DNA from: Hydrolagus colliei
Lineage: Eukaryota
Reading direction: 5' to 3'
DNA: 64,000 nt
Assembly: GCA_035084275.1 (NCBI GenBank)
Contig: CM068742.1
Location: 95,108,001 to 95,172,000, forward strand
Part shown: in pieces, positions 28,341 through 39,579 of the stretch
Layout: the number at the start of each line of letters is the position of its first letter
How positions within the stretch are numbered: position 1 is the stretch's first letter
The notes under the pieces: model-generated
Seen by the model: the letters and a program-made list of their open reading frames with translations, nothing else
Told to the model about the DNA's origin: nothing
Databases searched by the model: none
Program-made: the position numbers and the translations under genes

Positions 28341-28696
28341 CAGTAAAAGCTCGTTTATCCGTGACTGGATCAACTGGATTGCGTGACCCCCTCCCGGGGC
28401 AATTCCCCATTCCAGCAATCACGGGTATGCTCACTTTGCGCATGTGCGCAATGCGTGCACATGCAGACTTATTAAGCTTACGAACTCTGGGTTTTTACTG
28501 ATCATTTTATCGAGTTTGCTGGAATCTTTATTGGTAAGTATCCATACAATATTCTGTTACTATTTAGTATATTATTAATATGATATGTTTTAAAATAAGT
28601 ACATTTTTTGTGTTGGCTTTTCGGCAACATGCCGCCTGATTATCCAGTCAATTAGTCGACCCCACCGGAGGGTGCCGGATAAATGGACTTTTACTG
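28341..28696. mobile_element. Tigger/pogo-like MITE (family A)
   Basis: TA|CAGTAAAAGCTCGTTTATCC ... GGATAAATGGACTTTTACTG|TA. Confidence 0.85.
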
Positions 28697-28799
28697 TATA
28701 TACAAGTGAAATTGTTTTAAACACTGGTCCTTGGGTAACCATTCTCAGCAGGTAAATGTTTGGATATAATTGTGTGCTTTTCACATAATCGACCAGGTG

Positions 28800-29095
28800 T
28801 GAAGATGCAGGTGTGAATTCAAGATCCTTGTCACACTTTCAAGGCCCTCCACGGCCCTCTCTGCCCCTACGCTTTGAAACTCCATCTCACAATCTCTTCG
28901 CCTTGCTCCCTCCCTTGCACTCTTCAAGACCAGTCTCAAGATCCTCCTCTTCAACTGTGCCTTCAGTCGCCCTCCTACCTCTCTGTCCTCCCTCATCCCA
29001 ACCTGACTCACCCCTTGCTCGTGTCCTGACCCAGACTGTTCAGCACCTTGGGATGTGAAAGGTGCTCTACAAATGTAATTTTTTGTTGTTGTTGT
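28800..29095 (+). mobile_element. L2-type LINE 3' fragment
   Basis: GAATTCAAGATCCTTGTC...GGTGCTCTACAAATGTAA(TTG)n tail. Confidence 0.8.
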
Positions 29096-29877
29096 CATTT
29101 CTGTGGTTTCAAATACAGACCCTGAAACACTCAGTGCTTGACATTGGATAAGTGATGGGTTGGTTACTCTTTGACTGAATGTTCATTTAAGGTGATGAGC
29201 AATGAGGTAATAAGTGGGATGGAGTTTACCAATCAACTCAGTGCAGGGGGTGGGAATGCGACTAGGCAGCATTACAAAGCATTCAGAGTTTTCAGCAAAA
29301 GTGTAAGAAGCACCAATGGTTTGCAAACTCCAGAGCCCTCAGCAATGCCCAGCAGAGCAAGGTTAAACATTTATGTAATTTGCAGCGTAGAAAGGGTGCA
29401 AATTTTGTTTTGCTTCGCCCACGGGCTTACCACATATGAAACATGCGATTTCTTCATTCGTCTGGTGAACACACAGCACTCCCTGAGAGTGCAGTTAGCA
29501 GGTGCTCAGGTAATTGATGATAATTATTACTTCAGTTTTGTTGCCTTGGGAAATGAGCTGGGATTGAGTTTACAATCTGATGACGTGCCTGTCTAGACAT
29601 GGCTTGAGTAAAATCTTCTACGAGTCAGTTGGTGCCTACGGACAGTATGCTGCCCTGCACTAAGTGAGAGTCACCAATAGCTGTTGGTAATGTTGTTCTC
29701 CCAGTTGTTCTCAGCCATATATTGTAGGGAAGAGATAACTGACAACTGAAGGGACAGGGTCTAAACTGGAAAAATATCCAACATGCATCATCATCACCCA
29801 GAGCTTGCCTGTTCTTCCTCTCTAGGACAGTGTGTGATAGAGAACTTGTGACTGAAATTCCAGCTGGTGTTACGTGT

Positions 29878-30376
29878 AATAATAATAATATAATCGCGTC
29901 TTTAAGACGTCTCAAAGCGCTTCACAGAATATACTGTACCATGTAGTGGTTGTGTATTTTGCGGGTGAAACACGGCAGCCAATTGTGCACAGCAGTGTCC
30001 CTCAAACAGCAGTAGATTGAAGTGGCTAAATTATTAATTTTTTTTGAATATAGTAATAATAATCCTTGCATTTGATATAGCGCTTTTCACATCTTATCGA
30101 CGTCCCAAAGTGCCTTACAGAATATATTGTAAAGTGAATTGACTGTATATATTTGTGGGTGAATAGTGGCAGCCAATTGCACACAGCAGTGTCCCACAAA
30201 CAATGACCAATTTTATTATTGTGGGTTTTCTTTGAGGGATTATTATTAGGCATGTGGAGTAAGGAAACTTGCCCAAGGATTCGCCCTGACCTGCCTGGAT
30301 TCGAACATAGGTCTCCCCAGCTTGGTCTCCCCAGCTTGCAAGAGAAGTGCTCTAACCACTGAGCCACAGGAGCTCC
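29878..30376 (-). mobile_element. Two tandem tRNA-SINE copies (partial 29878-30030; full-length 30051-30376)
   Basis: Minus strand GGAGCTCCTGTGGCTCAGTGGTTAGAGC (A box), TGTTCGAATCC (B box), (TTA)n tail. Confidence 0.88.
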
Positions 30377-30529
30377 ATGCAAGCTTCGAAAGAGGGGAGC
30401 ATGGCGGTGGGGTGGGGAGGGTGCGTGGTAAGTTGGGTGGTAGTGAGATGGAGGAGAGTGGGAGAGCCAGATGGAGGGCACAACACCGTATTTGGTATGT
30501 GGTGGTCACACATACTATTGGGAGTGTGG

Positions 30530-30951
30530 CTATTCGCAGTATTTGGTGAAAACATTGGCTGCGTAGAAGTAGGTACTGTTCCAGTAAGAGCAAGAAACAA
30601 GGGTGGGAGTCCCTGGGAGTCCCAGAGAAAGCGGCTGGTGACTAGAGCATCTCCACTGTGATTTTCATCCACTGTCACCAGGCACAGCAGTTTATACCTG
30701 GGCAGCAGAACATCGTTCACAAACTCTTCAATTTTGTCACTCATCTCCTTCATGATTACAGACACAATCAAGCAACTATAGGAGATGCTGTAGAGATTAG
30801 TATTCTTCCGGGAACTTCTGAACATGGAGAGTCGTAATTTCTCTTTAAGGTTGAGGCAAATCCGCGGCACCTCCTCATTCACTATCTTGGTAACCACTGG
30901 TTTCTTCACTGCTATCTTCAAAGCTCTTCTTTTCTTTAAATGATTTGTCAT
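30530..30951 (-). pseudogene. Nested antisense Tctex1-domain dynein light chain gene (DYNLT4/DYNLT5-like), frameshifted
   Basis: Minus ORF contains KEMSDKIEEFVNDVLLPRYKLLCLVTVDEN...SRFLWDS. After a frameshift at a 10-bp tandem duplication (30604-30623), another frame gives TLVSCSYWNSTYFYAANVFTKYCE*, a Tctex-type C-terminus. ATG-to-stop span is 422 nt, not a multiple of 3. Confidence 0.85.
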
Positions 30952-32016
30952 TTAGCTGAAATGAATAGGATCAGAGTGGCCACAACCCAACAGCATCACT
31001 ATACATATGTGAAGACGTTACACGTTTGTGAGTGTGTGAAATATTATTGTGTCATCAGTACCCTCTTGAAGGGCATAGGCTTGAATGCCACTGAACTGCT
31101 GTTTATCATTGCACATCAAGCCTCCATAGCCACACTCTAAAAGTGGCATTAACTAGACCTCCAGTCATCCTGTTCTCTAAATGAAGAGAAAATATGTTAA
31201 GCACATGCATTCCCTAGCTCAATGTCTCAGTTAGAGAGTTGTTGTCAAAACTGAGATATTCAGAGATGTGGAGTAAAAATTATCCAAACCACTGCATTAG
31301 TTCTAGCATGGGTACCAATCTTTGCATTTCTAATTATATCCATGAACCATAAGATAGCTAGGGTTTGTAATGAATGTTTAATAGACCCTGTACCACTGTG
31401 TATTACTTCACCAATATTCTGCATCACTGGGTCACTTAATGCTTGAAGTCTTTGAATGAATATTAAAATGGCACATTGTAATCAGTGTGCCATGCTGCTT
31501 TTTGTGTAAAAAGTTTGTCTCCACAGCTTATCGCAAAAAAATCTGATTGTTTGCATTTGATATAGCAACTAATCATATAGTTCAAGTGTTTAACGCAATT
31601 TATTGTCAAGTTTAGGGACTGTATTTTGTAGGCAAAAACAGAAGCCAGTTTCACATTGCAATGCCCCACAAACAGACATGAAGTCAATGACTGATTTTAT
31701 CTGGGGGAATTGTTGACCAGAATACTAGGAGAATTCCTTTAATTTTTAAATAGGGCCACAGAATCCTTAACATCTACCTCAATGGGCAGACAGGACCTGG
31801 TTTTGAGAACATATCATCTGAAGGAGGCACCACTGACATACTCTGTATTGAAGTATCAGCCTTGTGAGCTCACAAAGTCCAAATCAACTGAGCTGACTTG
31901 ACCGTCTGTTAATTGCTAAGCAGAGCAACATTTCAGGGCCACAGATTAAATTCAACATAGTGACAGAACTGCCAGTTACTAAGTGTGGCATTTGTCTGGC
32001 ATGTTCTTTGTATATA

Positions 32017-33199
32017 TAGGTAAACCTCTATTTACGACGGGGTTGTGTTCCTGAAAAAGTATATCTAAATCAAAACGTCCCAAATCAAAACGCAATTTCC
32101 CATGCAGTCCCATTATATAACCAGAGATGCGTTCTTTTCACAAAATTTTCGGACCTTAAACCCACTAAATAACACACAAAACCACATAACATAACACAAA
32201 TTAACACACATAGACAAGAAGGGGTACTTGGGGTAACTGTACAGAATTGTACTTTAATACTGGCAAACTTTAATACAGTACACTACTGGCAAAGTTTAAT
32301 ACTGGCAGTGTGACAGTGGTAGTGGCGCTTGCAGCTTCCCCACTCATCTTGATGTTGTGGAGCCCATAGCGTCTTTTAAACCTTTGAAACCACCCTCTGC
32401 TAGCACTGAAAGATGTTGCTGTTGAGCCTTCTCCTTCCTGATCATTTAAGTCCCTAAACAATGATTTTGCCTTCTCTTGGATAACCAGGGTGCTGAGTGG
32501 TATATTACGCTGGTTCTGATTCTCAATTCAGACACTCAGAATTCTTTCCATGTTTTCCATCACTTTACTCCTATGTTTTGCTAATCTGCTTGCACCTGTA
32601 GCTGTAACACACCTTGAACTTGCCAGTATAATGTCCTTGTTCTGTTTTATAGTAGCCACCATTGATCTAGCTGGCCGTAAAGCCCTCCCGACATCTGTAC
32701 CTTTTTCCACCAGAATCGATGCACTTTATCACCTCCAATTTGGTATTCAAAGTGATGACTTTGCGGGTTTTCTGGCCGCTAGTGATATTACCGCTGCTTA
32801 TTTCACTTACTGCTGTCTCTTCCTAACTTGCTATAATCGCGGTAGAGGCTGTAAATTGCTCGAAGTTGTTCGGTAATGTTTGGAAATGACTGTAATACTG
32901 ACGTGGCGTGGTGTCCTTTCAAAATCAGCTGGCTTTTAAACAATGAAGTGGCGACATGCTATTGGCCAGTTCAAATGCTTGGATTTACCTGGGAATACAC
33001 TATGGACTGTGCATACGGACAAAAAGGACGCGCAAAATGCGACCGCGATATTCAAAATATGTACTGCACATGCACAAAAAAAAATTGGGTCCTTAAAACG
33101 AATCCAAGTGTCGTATATCGATCAAAAGGTGTTAAAAAAAATTGTGGTCCTTCAATCGAAGTGTCCTAAATACAAGCATCGTAAATCGAGGCTCACCTG
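32017..33199 (-). mobile_element. Tigger1/TIGD1-like pogo transposon, internal-deletion derivative retaining the N-terminal DNA-binding coding region
   Basis: TIRs AGGTAAACCTCTATTTACG / CGTAAATCGAGGCTCACCTG with TA flanks. Minus ~32780-32325 encodes RKVITLNTKLEVIK...MERILSV*IENQNQRNIPLSTLVIQEKAKSLF...FSASRGWFQRFKRRYGLHNIKMSGEAASA (psq and CENP-B HTH) with one frameshift and one stop; no DDE domain. Confidence 0.9.
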
Positions 33200-34029
33200 T
33201 ACAGTAGTATTTAATTCCAGTGCATATTTTACTCAATAGGTAGCTGACAGTTTACTCAACAAAACACATCCTTTTCATTATTTTTTGAGTCTCTCGGCAA
33301 ACTCTTCAAAGCCTTTTAACTTTGTGAATTTCATTGTGCGCTTTAGATAATAAATGAAATTTAATTCAGAGTCGATTACTTGTTTTCTCTCTGGGGGTGG
33401 TTGTAACCACCTATCTGTCTTTGATGCATGTTTGTGGGTCATTTAATCTAGGTGTTTCTATACAGCGGTATTTTTTAATTGAATTTTTTAAGCATATAGT
33501 AGCACTCTGTAGATGAATTGAATGATCTTCAATATGGAAGTGCTGACAAAAATTTGCAGGAAACAGAATTGTTTGTATTACATTCAATTACTGCTCCAGG
33601 CTGCATTTTCAAATACAAACCCATACCAGGATTTAAGTGTTCCGAGACTCTACCCTGAGTGAATTATTGTTGTTTGTTTTGATAGACCTTGCCAAAAGCA
33701 ATTTAGAGCAGAAGGTTGTGTTTGCACACAAGCAGGGAACAAAATTTGCTTTGGAGCTGAGGCCAGAATACAATAATTACTGTTTCAGAATTAAACCCAT
33801 ACATTTCTACCTAAAATAAAGGAAACTTTGATTGACTGGACACATTTCCTAAACAAAAAAAAAGTTCATTATATCGGGCTTCTTTCTCCTCCTTTCCCCG
33901 ATTTGAAATGAATATGTCCAGCGTACCTTAGAGATTGGACCTAGAACAGTATTATAATAGTAATACAGTATTGCCTCTTATGTTGAAACACTTCAAAACA
34001 CTTTATAGGGTTCCTATTAATGCAATTTG

Positions 34030-34220
34030 ACCTGAAAAGAAAACAGTACTAAAATTGGTCATTTCAATCCACGACTGTTCGTGGGACACTGCGATGCACA
34101 ATTGGCTGCCGCGTTTCACCCACATATATAGTCAATTTAATTTACAGTATATTGTGTGATGCGCTTTGAGACACCTAGAAGACATGAAATGCACTACATC
34201 AAATGCAAGGATTATTATTT
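34030..34220 (+). mobile_element. tRNA-SINE 3' part
   Basis: CATTTCAATCCACGACTG...GCGCTTTGAGAC...AAATGCAAGGATTATTAT. Confidence 0.8.
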
Positions 34221-34589
34221 TAATTATACAACCACAGATGTGGGATGTGAGTTATGGAGGAGCACTATGCTATATCTCAGTGATGCCGTGGGTAGCTCCC
34301 ATTTGTTCTTTTTCGTGATAGTTTTATACCCTTAAAAAAAAACAGCAGGCAATACATTTCTTTCACAATTAATAGGATTTGGTTGGCACAATTTAGATTT
34401 TCAAGTAAGGAAATTCAGGTCTATCCCCAATCTCATTATAAGTGAATTCAATCCGCCTTTAGTCAGACTTGTGGCAACTGAGTTGTCTTGCATGAATCAG
34501 TTGAATTCCGAACCCAGGGAGCTATTCTCAAACTGTACAATTCTATGGTCAGGCTACACTGGAGTATTTCATTCATTTCCAGTTGTTGT

Positions 34590-35166
34590 GATATAAGAGT
34601 CATGCCTGGGTCCTGGAGACAGTGTAGAGGAGAACACCAAAGATTCCTACTGCTGGAAGAATGAGCAATGAGCAGTGATTAGGTAAGATGAAGCTTTTCA
34701 GCCTTGAAAAGAGACATCTCAGAGGGGCTGTTATAAGGGTGTGTAAAATTCTAACTGATTCTAAATGGGATTGAAATTAGGAAAACAAGAGGGCAAATGA
34801 TCAGGGTTGCAAATACCAATTTCAGGACGGACACAAGGAAGTTTTTTTTTCAGAGAGTATAATTAACAACTGGAATGAGTTACTAACAAGGGTGATTGAG
34901 GGTAGAACGCTGGACTCGTTTATGAAAATGCTTCATGGGAGGACAGTAGTATTGATATTATGGAACGATTACTGTATATCATATTGGCCGAAGGAGACTT
35001 CTTCATCTGAACCTCTCTTGTGAACCATAATAGAGGAATTAGGGGATATGGGGATAGGGCAGGTAATCAGAGTTAGGTGAGAAGATCAGCCATGATCTTA
35101 TTGAATGGCGGAGCAGGCTCAAAGGGCCGAATGGCCTACTCCTGCTCCTAATTCTTATGTTCTTAT
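34590..35166 (+). mobile_element. CR1-type LINE 3' fragments (two ends)
   Basis: Degenerate FSLEKRxLRG..YKIL and WNEL-like coding; terminal GAATGGCCTACTCCTGCTCCTAATTCTTATGTTCTTAT. Confidence 0.75.
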
Positions 35167-35579
35167 TAATCCAGTATTAATTTATAACAAATTAAATATT
35201 AATTTATGAATCTATATTAATTATTAATTTTTTAAATGTCTGTTTTATTACTGAATCTATATTGCTGTGCTTTCAATGGATAAAAGCCTACACTACAAAA
35301 TTGGTCAGAGTTCAGGACTAAACAGCAATATATACTTATGTAGCATCTTTCAGAACGGGATGAAGTCTCAAAACATGTCATATAAATAACTGGAAGTTTG
35401 AGTTAGGGAAAAGGGCGGTTGGTGAGAAGGAGAGGGTAAAGGTAGTTGAATGTGCAGTTGAAGAGCTGAGCTTGAAGCAGGTATTAAAGGTCGAGACAAA
35501 TTTGGAAGTGTCACTTAGAAATACTTTGAAGATAGATGGAGGCGCAACTTTCTAACCAAGACTTGTACTTGGTCGGTAG

Positions 35580-36041
35580 TAGTGTCCGGCGATATATCGA
35601 TAAATCGGTTATATCGGAATAATTTATCATATCGATATGCCGATATAGGAATTTAAAATATATCGATATATCGAAAAATTCGATATAATAAAAAATCGGT
35701 ATATCGTAAATATCGGTATATCGTTTTTGGCAATATATCGGTATTATCGGTATAATGCGAACTTTTCCAACTTACCTTGTTGCCGGCACTGTAAACCTCC
35801 TGGGCCTAGAGCATGGAATGCGCGAGCACACCGCCCCGAATGCATCCGGATGCGCGCGCGCACCCCCTCTGGATGTGCACGTACCCCCGGGATGCGCACG
35901 CACTCGACGCCCCCGAAAGCGCACGAAACTCCGAATGCGCGTGCATGCGCAGTATAAAAAAACCTGGAAATATCAATATATCGGTATATATCGATATGAG
36001 CTCACCGATATATTGGAAAATTTCTATATCGACGGACCCTA
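35580..36041. mobile_element. hAT (Ac-like) MITE with 8-bp target duplication
   Basis: TIRs TAGTGTCCGGCGATATA / TATATCGACGGACCCTA; flanks GTCGGTAG / GTTGGTAG; many subterminal ATATCG/CGATAT motifs; CpG-rich. Confidence 0.9.
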
Positions 36042-36859
36042 GTTGGTAGTGTAGATGATTTCATCAAGTACAAAATGCTTCATCGTCCAGAGTTAGGAAC
36101 CCTTGCTTTGATGTAGTAAACACAGAAATATTAACAGAAAAATTCCCCTGGGTCTAGATTTGCTCAATTTATGTAGCACCCAGAATTTGGCAAGTTGTTC
36201 AATTCACTCTTAACTTTGAAGTTGATTTTCTGTAGTTACTTAGAAGAATTTGCCAAATTCTGGACACTGCAAAATGTTTTGTAAATGGAATAAATATACA
36301 CCCAGGTTGAATATCTCCCCACTGTGGAGTGTGAAAACCTGTTCAATCAATGCTTTGTATCTGCCTCTGAAAATGTTGCCCTTTAGAATAACACAGTGCA
36401 CAATTTAATTCAAGTGGTGGTAGATCAGCACTGCAGGTCTTTGCGGAGAGAAAATTGTAATGCAGAAATAGCTGCAGCTTATCAGAGTGGCCTCCAGGTT
36501 TGTTTGGCAAACTTGCTTACTTGTTTAATTCTGAAGCGTTGTGCACATATGTGACTAACATGGCACTTTAATGATGTTTGTCCTTTGCAACAAAACCCTT
36601 TCTTGTAATCATTTCCGTCTCCCAATTTAAACCACAAGCGTGGGTTCTTGCAATGTTTCAATTTAGTTCATTTTGCAAAGTGATTGGCACAATTACTGAA
36701 GACTTTGGCTCAATGTACACAATTATTTTGCCCCCGTCTGAAAGCTGGAGCATTCTTCAGTGGGAAAAGCACTGCATGAAATAAACTGCTGCAATAACAA
36801 CGACTTGTAACAAAACCCTCACACAAACACATTTGTCACCTGAAGACTCAACAATGGAA

Positions 36860-37320
36860 ACTCCCTCCTTGTCGACCTCACCAACTCTTCCCTCCAAGCT
36901 GCAGATCATCCAGAACTCTGCAGCTCGTGTCCTCTCCTGCACCAGGCTCTGTGACCCCATCAACCCCACCCTCGTCCAGCTCCATTGACTCAGAGGATAG
37001 AATTCAAGATCCTCGTCCTCACTTTTAAGGCCCTCCACGGCCTTGCCCCCTCCTACCTCTCTGACCTGCTGACTCCCTATCAACCTGTCCGCTTGACTCC
37101 GTTCAGTAGGCTCCAGCCTGCTCCATGTCTCCCATCTGACCCACCCTACCATCGGTGGCCGAGCTTTCATCCCCTCTTGCCCACTCTTTGGAACTCCATC
37201 CCACAGTTCCTTCACCTTGCTCTCTTCCTTGTGTCCTTCAAGACTGGCCTCAAGACCCTCCTTTTCAATAAAGCATTCAGCCACCCTCCTACCTCTGTGC
37301 ATGCCATCTTCCCAATCCTG
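36860..37320 (+). mobile_element. L2-type LINE ORF2 C-terminal fragment
   Basis: QRIEFKILVLTFKALHGLAPSYLSDLL...LWNSIP...FKTGLKTLLF. Confidence 0.85.
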
Positions 37321-37767
37321 CCAGATAGAGAAGGGGCATGAGCCAGATGCATCAAGGTAAGATTTTAGGAGCTTAGAATTGGAAAGCAACTGCTGTGTGC
37401 AGCAAAGATCAGATGCAACATACGCCTCTGCTGCTGATACTGAAGATCTTTGACTTTGTCCTTCAGTCGCTGTTTGAACTAAATTATTTTATTCATCACT
37501 ACTGTGTTCCTGAAAGCTTGTGAATAACCCAGACATTTCTTATTTTGCAGTCTTCACTCTGATCTCTGAATTTGAATTTCAGGGTCCCTTACTGTTCCAG
37601 CCACAGACCTTGATCTTCCGAACATGCCCCCAAATCCCCAAAAAGAAAGATTAATTTTTCCATTCAGAAATTGAAGTTCAGTCACGGCAGACAGCATTTC
37701 TTTTATTATTCTTCTTAATATTTTTGATTGTAACAAACTTTTGGACTGCAAGAAAAGGATGTGTACA

Positions 37768-37781
37768 CTGCCCCCCTGTGG
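37768..37781 (-). promoter_or_regulatory. Possible CTCF-like motif
   Basis: Minus strand CCACAGGGGGGCAG, 12 of 14 matches to CCASYAGRKGGCRS, in non-repeat AT-rich intron; motif match only. Confidence 0.25.
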
Positions 37782-38481
37782 TGACAGCGAGAGGGGTCAT
37801 TCAGCTATTATGACTGACCAAATTGGGAAAATTATTGGGAAGAAAGAAATTCCATTTCAGAACCTTAAGAAATTGATAAATTCTTAAATACAGCCTTAAC
37901 TTTGAAGCCAATTTACTGCAAGTTGTATTTTTTTAAAATAAAGAGCTTTAAGATACGACTGAATTCAATAATTTGGTAACTTTTGGTTGGTCCGAAATGC
38001 TACCAAGAATAATTCTGTCTCCTGGTGAAATTTCGTAGTTTTAGTGCTGTGGCAATGCAAATAAGAATTTGAATTAATTCACCATTGCTTGCATCAGTAG
38101 CATCTTGGAATGATGTTGCAGACTGTCGGAGTTTGATGCTGAACCAGGGAGAAAGAGGAGATGGACATGGCAGGCACTGTCAAAGAGGAAGGTATTGAGA
38201 TGTGATCTGAAGACAAGTAAAGAGGAGCAAGGCAAAGCGATGGAGGCAAAAAATTCCCGAGGTTCAGGCTTAGTAGCTGAAGGCACAACCGCCAATGGTG
38301 GAATGCAGAAGACACCCACTAGAACTGAGCTGACATGGTCCAAACTCATTACACAGAGGAGCTTTGTAGCTATAAGGCTGCAGAGAGTTTAATCTCAGAT
38401 GTGGAACAACTGTATGGTACCCTTTTAGCACCCATTTCTCTGGATTTTATTGTCTCTTAATGTATTTCATTTTCATTCCAG

Positions 38482-38644
38482 CAGAGAGATAAAGGGCCTC
38501 ATCTAGTGACTAACTTACCAGGATGGGTACCTGAGAGGGGATTACTGCAGATCAACGACAAACTGTTGAGGGCAGTGGACAAAGATGCCAGTGATTCAGA
38601 GATCATCTTCACCCTAACACGTGCAAAAGGAAATCCTAGATTTG
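38482..38644 (+). CDS. FRAS1: FRAS1 exon (QRDKGPHLVTNLPGWVPERGLLQI...NPRF)
   Basis: CAGCAG tandem acceptor (alternative start 38485), G|gtaggt donor, phase 0-1; absent from the ORF track. Confidence 0.92.
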
Positions 38645-39400
38645 GTAGGTAATTAACCATCAATGTTAATAATCATCCTTGTATTTGATAAAGTGCCTTA
38701 TCACATCGCAAGATGTCTCAAAGCACTTCACTGGATATTCTGTAAAGTGTTTTGACTGTGTATTTTGTGGGAGAAACACATCCAGTTACTCAGAGTAATG
38801 TACCACAAACAACCCTGGAACCATGGTGTGAGTGATTCCATTCTATTTCGGAGATTGTTCAATGCAGCCGATAAGCATAGGAGTAATGGAGGATAGGAGA
38901 GCAGGTTTACTAGCTAGGAGGTAATTAATACAATTATTGCAATGAAATCTAAGTGGTTTTGATAGGAAACTCAATGGGACTTGGGTGAATGTGTGACTTA
39001 GGTGATTATAGAGTTATAAAGAGATTTATGCAAGTTTTACTGTATTACCAAAAACGCAAAGGGAAAAGTTAGGAAAATACATATTTCAAACAGTAAATTG
39101 TTGAGATGTGTACTGCCCAAACTAGAACTGTGCTTAAGGCAGAATCCATTCAGCTTTTAAGTGGGAATCAGATCAATATATAAAATATAAATTATAAAGG
39201 CAAGAGAAAGGGATAAAGTTCTTTTATAGAACCAGCACTGATAGGATGGACCGAATGGTCTCCTTCTGTGTCTCTATTTTGGCAATTAATGTTGAAGTTG
39301 AATATCTAACTCAACTTTAATCTGATGTTGTTTATCTCCAGGAGAACTGATTGAACAACTGGTAGTATTGAGATTCACCACTAACCCTTGCTGTCAACAG

Positions 39401-39579
39401 GTGACATGGTCCTATTGGTGCCGATGCCAGCTGATGGTCCGGCAGATGGGTGGCAAAGTCTTCCAGATGGGAGGATAGCTACTGTGACCACCTCCTTTAC
39501 TCAGCAGGACATTGATGATGGTATTGTGTGGTACAGGCACTCTGGGACAATCTCTACAGAGGATTCATTCAACTTTCAG
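39401..39579 (+). CDS. FRAS1: FRAS1 exon (GDMVLLVPMPADGP...FTQQDIDDGIVWYRHSG...FNFQ)
   Basis: caacag| acceptor, CAG|gtacaa donor, 179 nt, phase 1-0. Confidence 0.95.

Noticed and set aside
30352-30603. C-terminal part of the 199-aa minus ORF as a real protein extension
   Set aside because: Out-of-frame read-through after the frameshift, running into low-complexity and SINE sequence.
35580-35760. Regularly recurring ATATCG/CGATAT motifs resembling a repeat array
   Set aside because: Short subterminal repeats of a hAT MITE; no repeat-spacer structure, so not CRISPR-like.
36757-37389. 210-aa minus ORF (and the 208-aa ORF at 40932-41558)
   Set aside because: Antisense or mixed-frame translations of L2 ORF2 fragments.
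39342-39400. Upstream alternative acceptor (ctccag|GAGAAC) before the 39401 exon
   Set aside because: It adds 59 nt and shifts the frame; 39401 matches the FRAS1 peptide.
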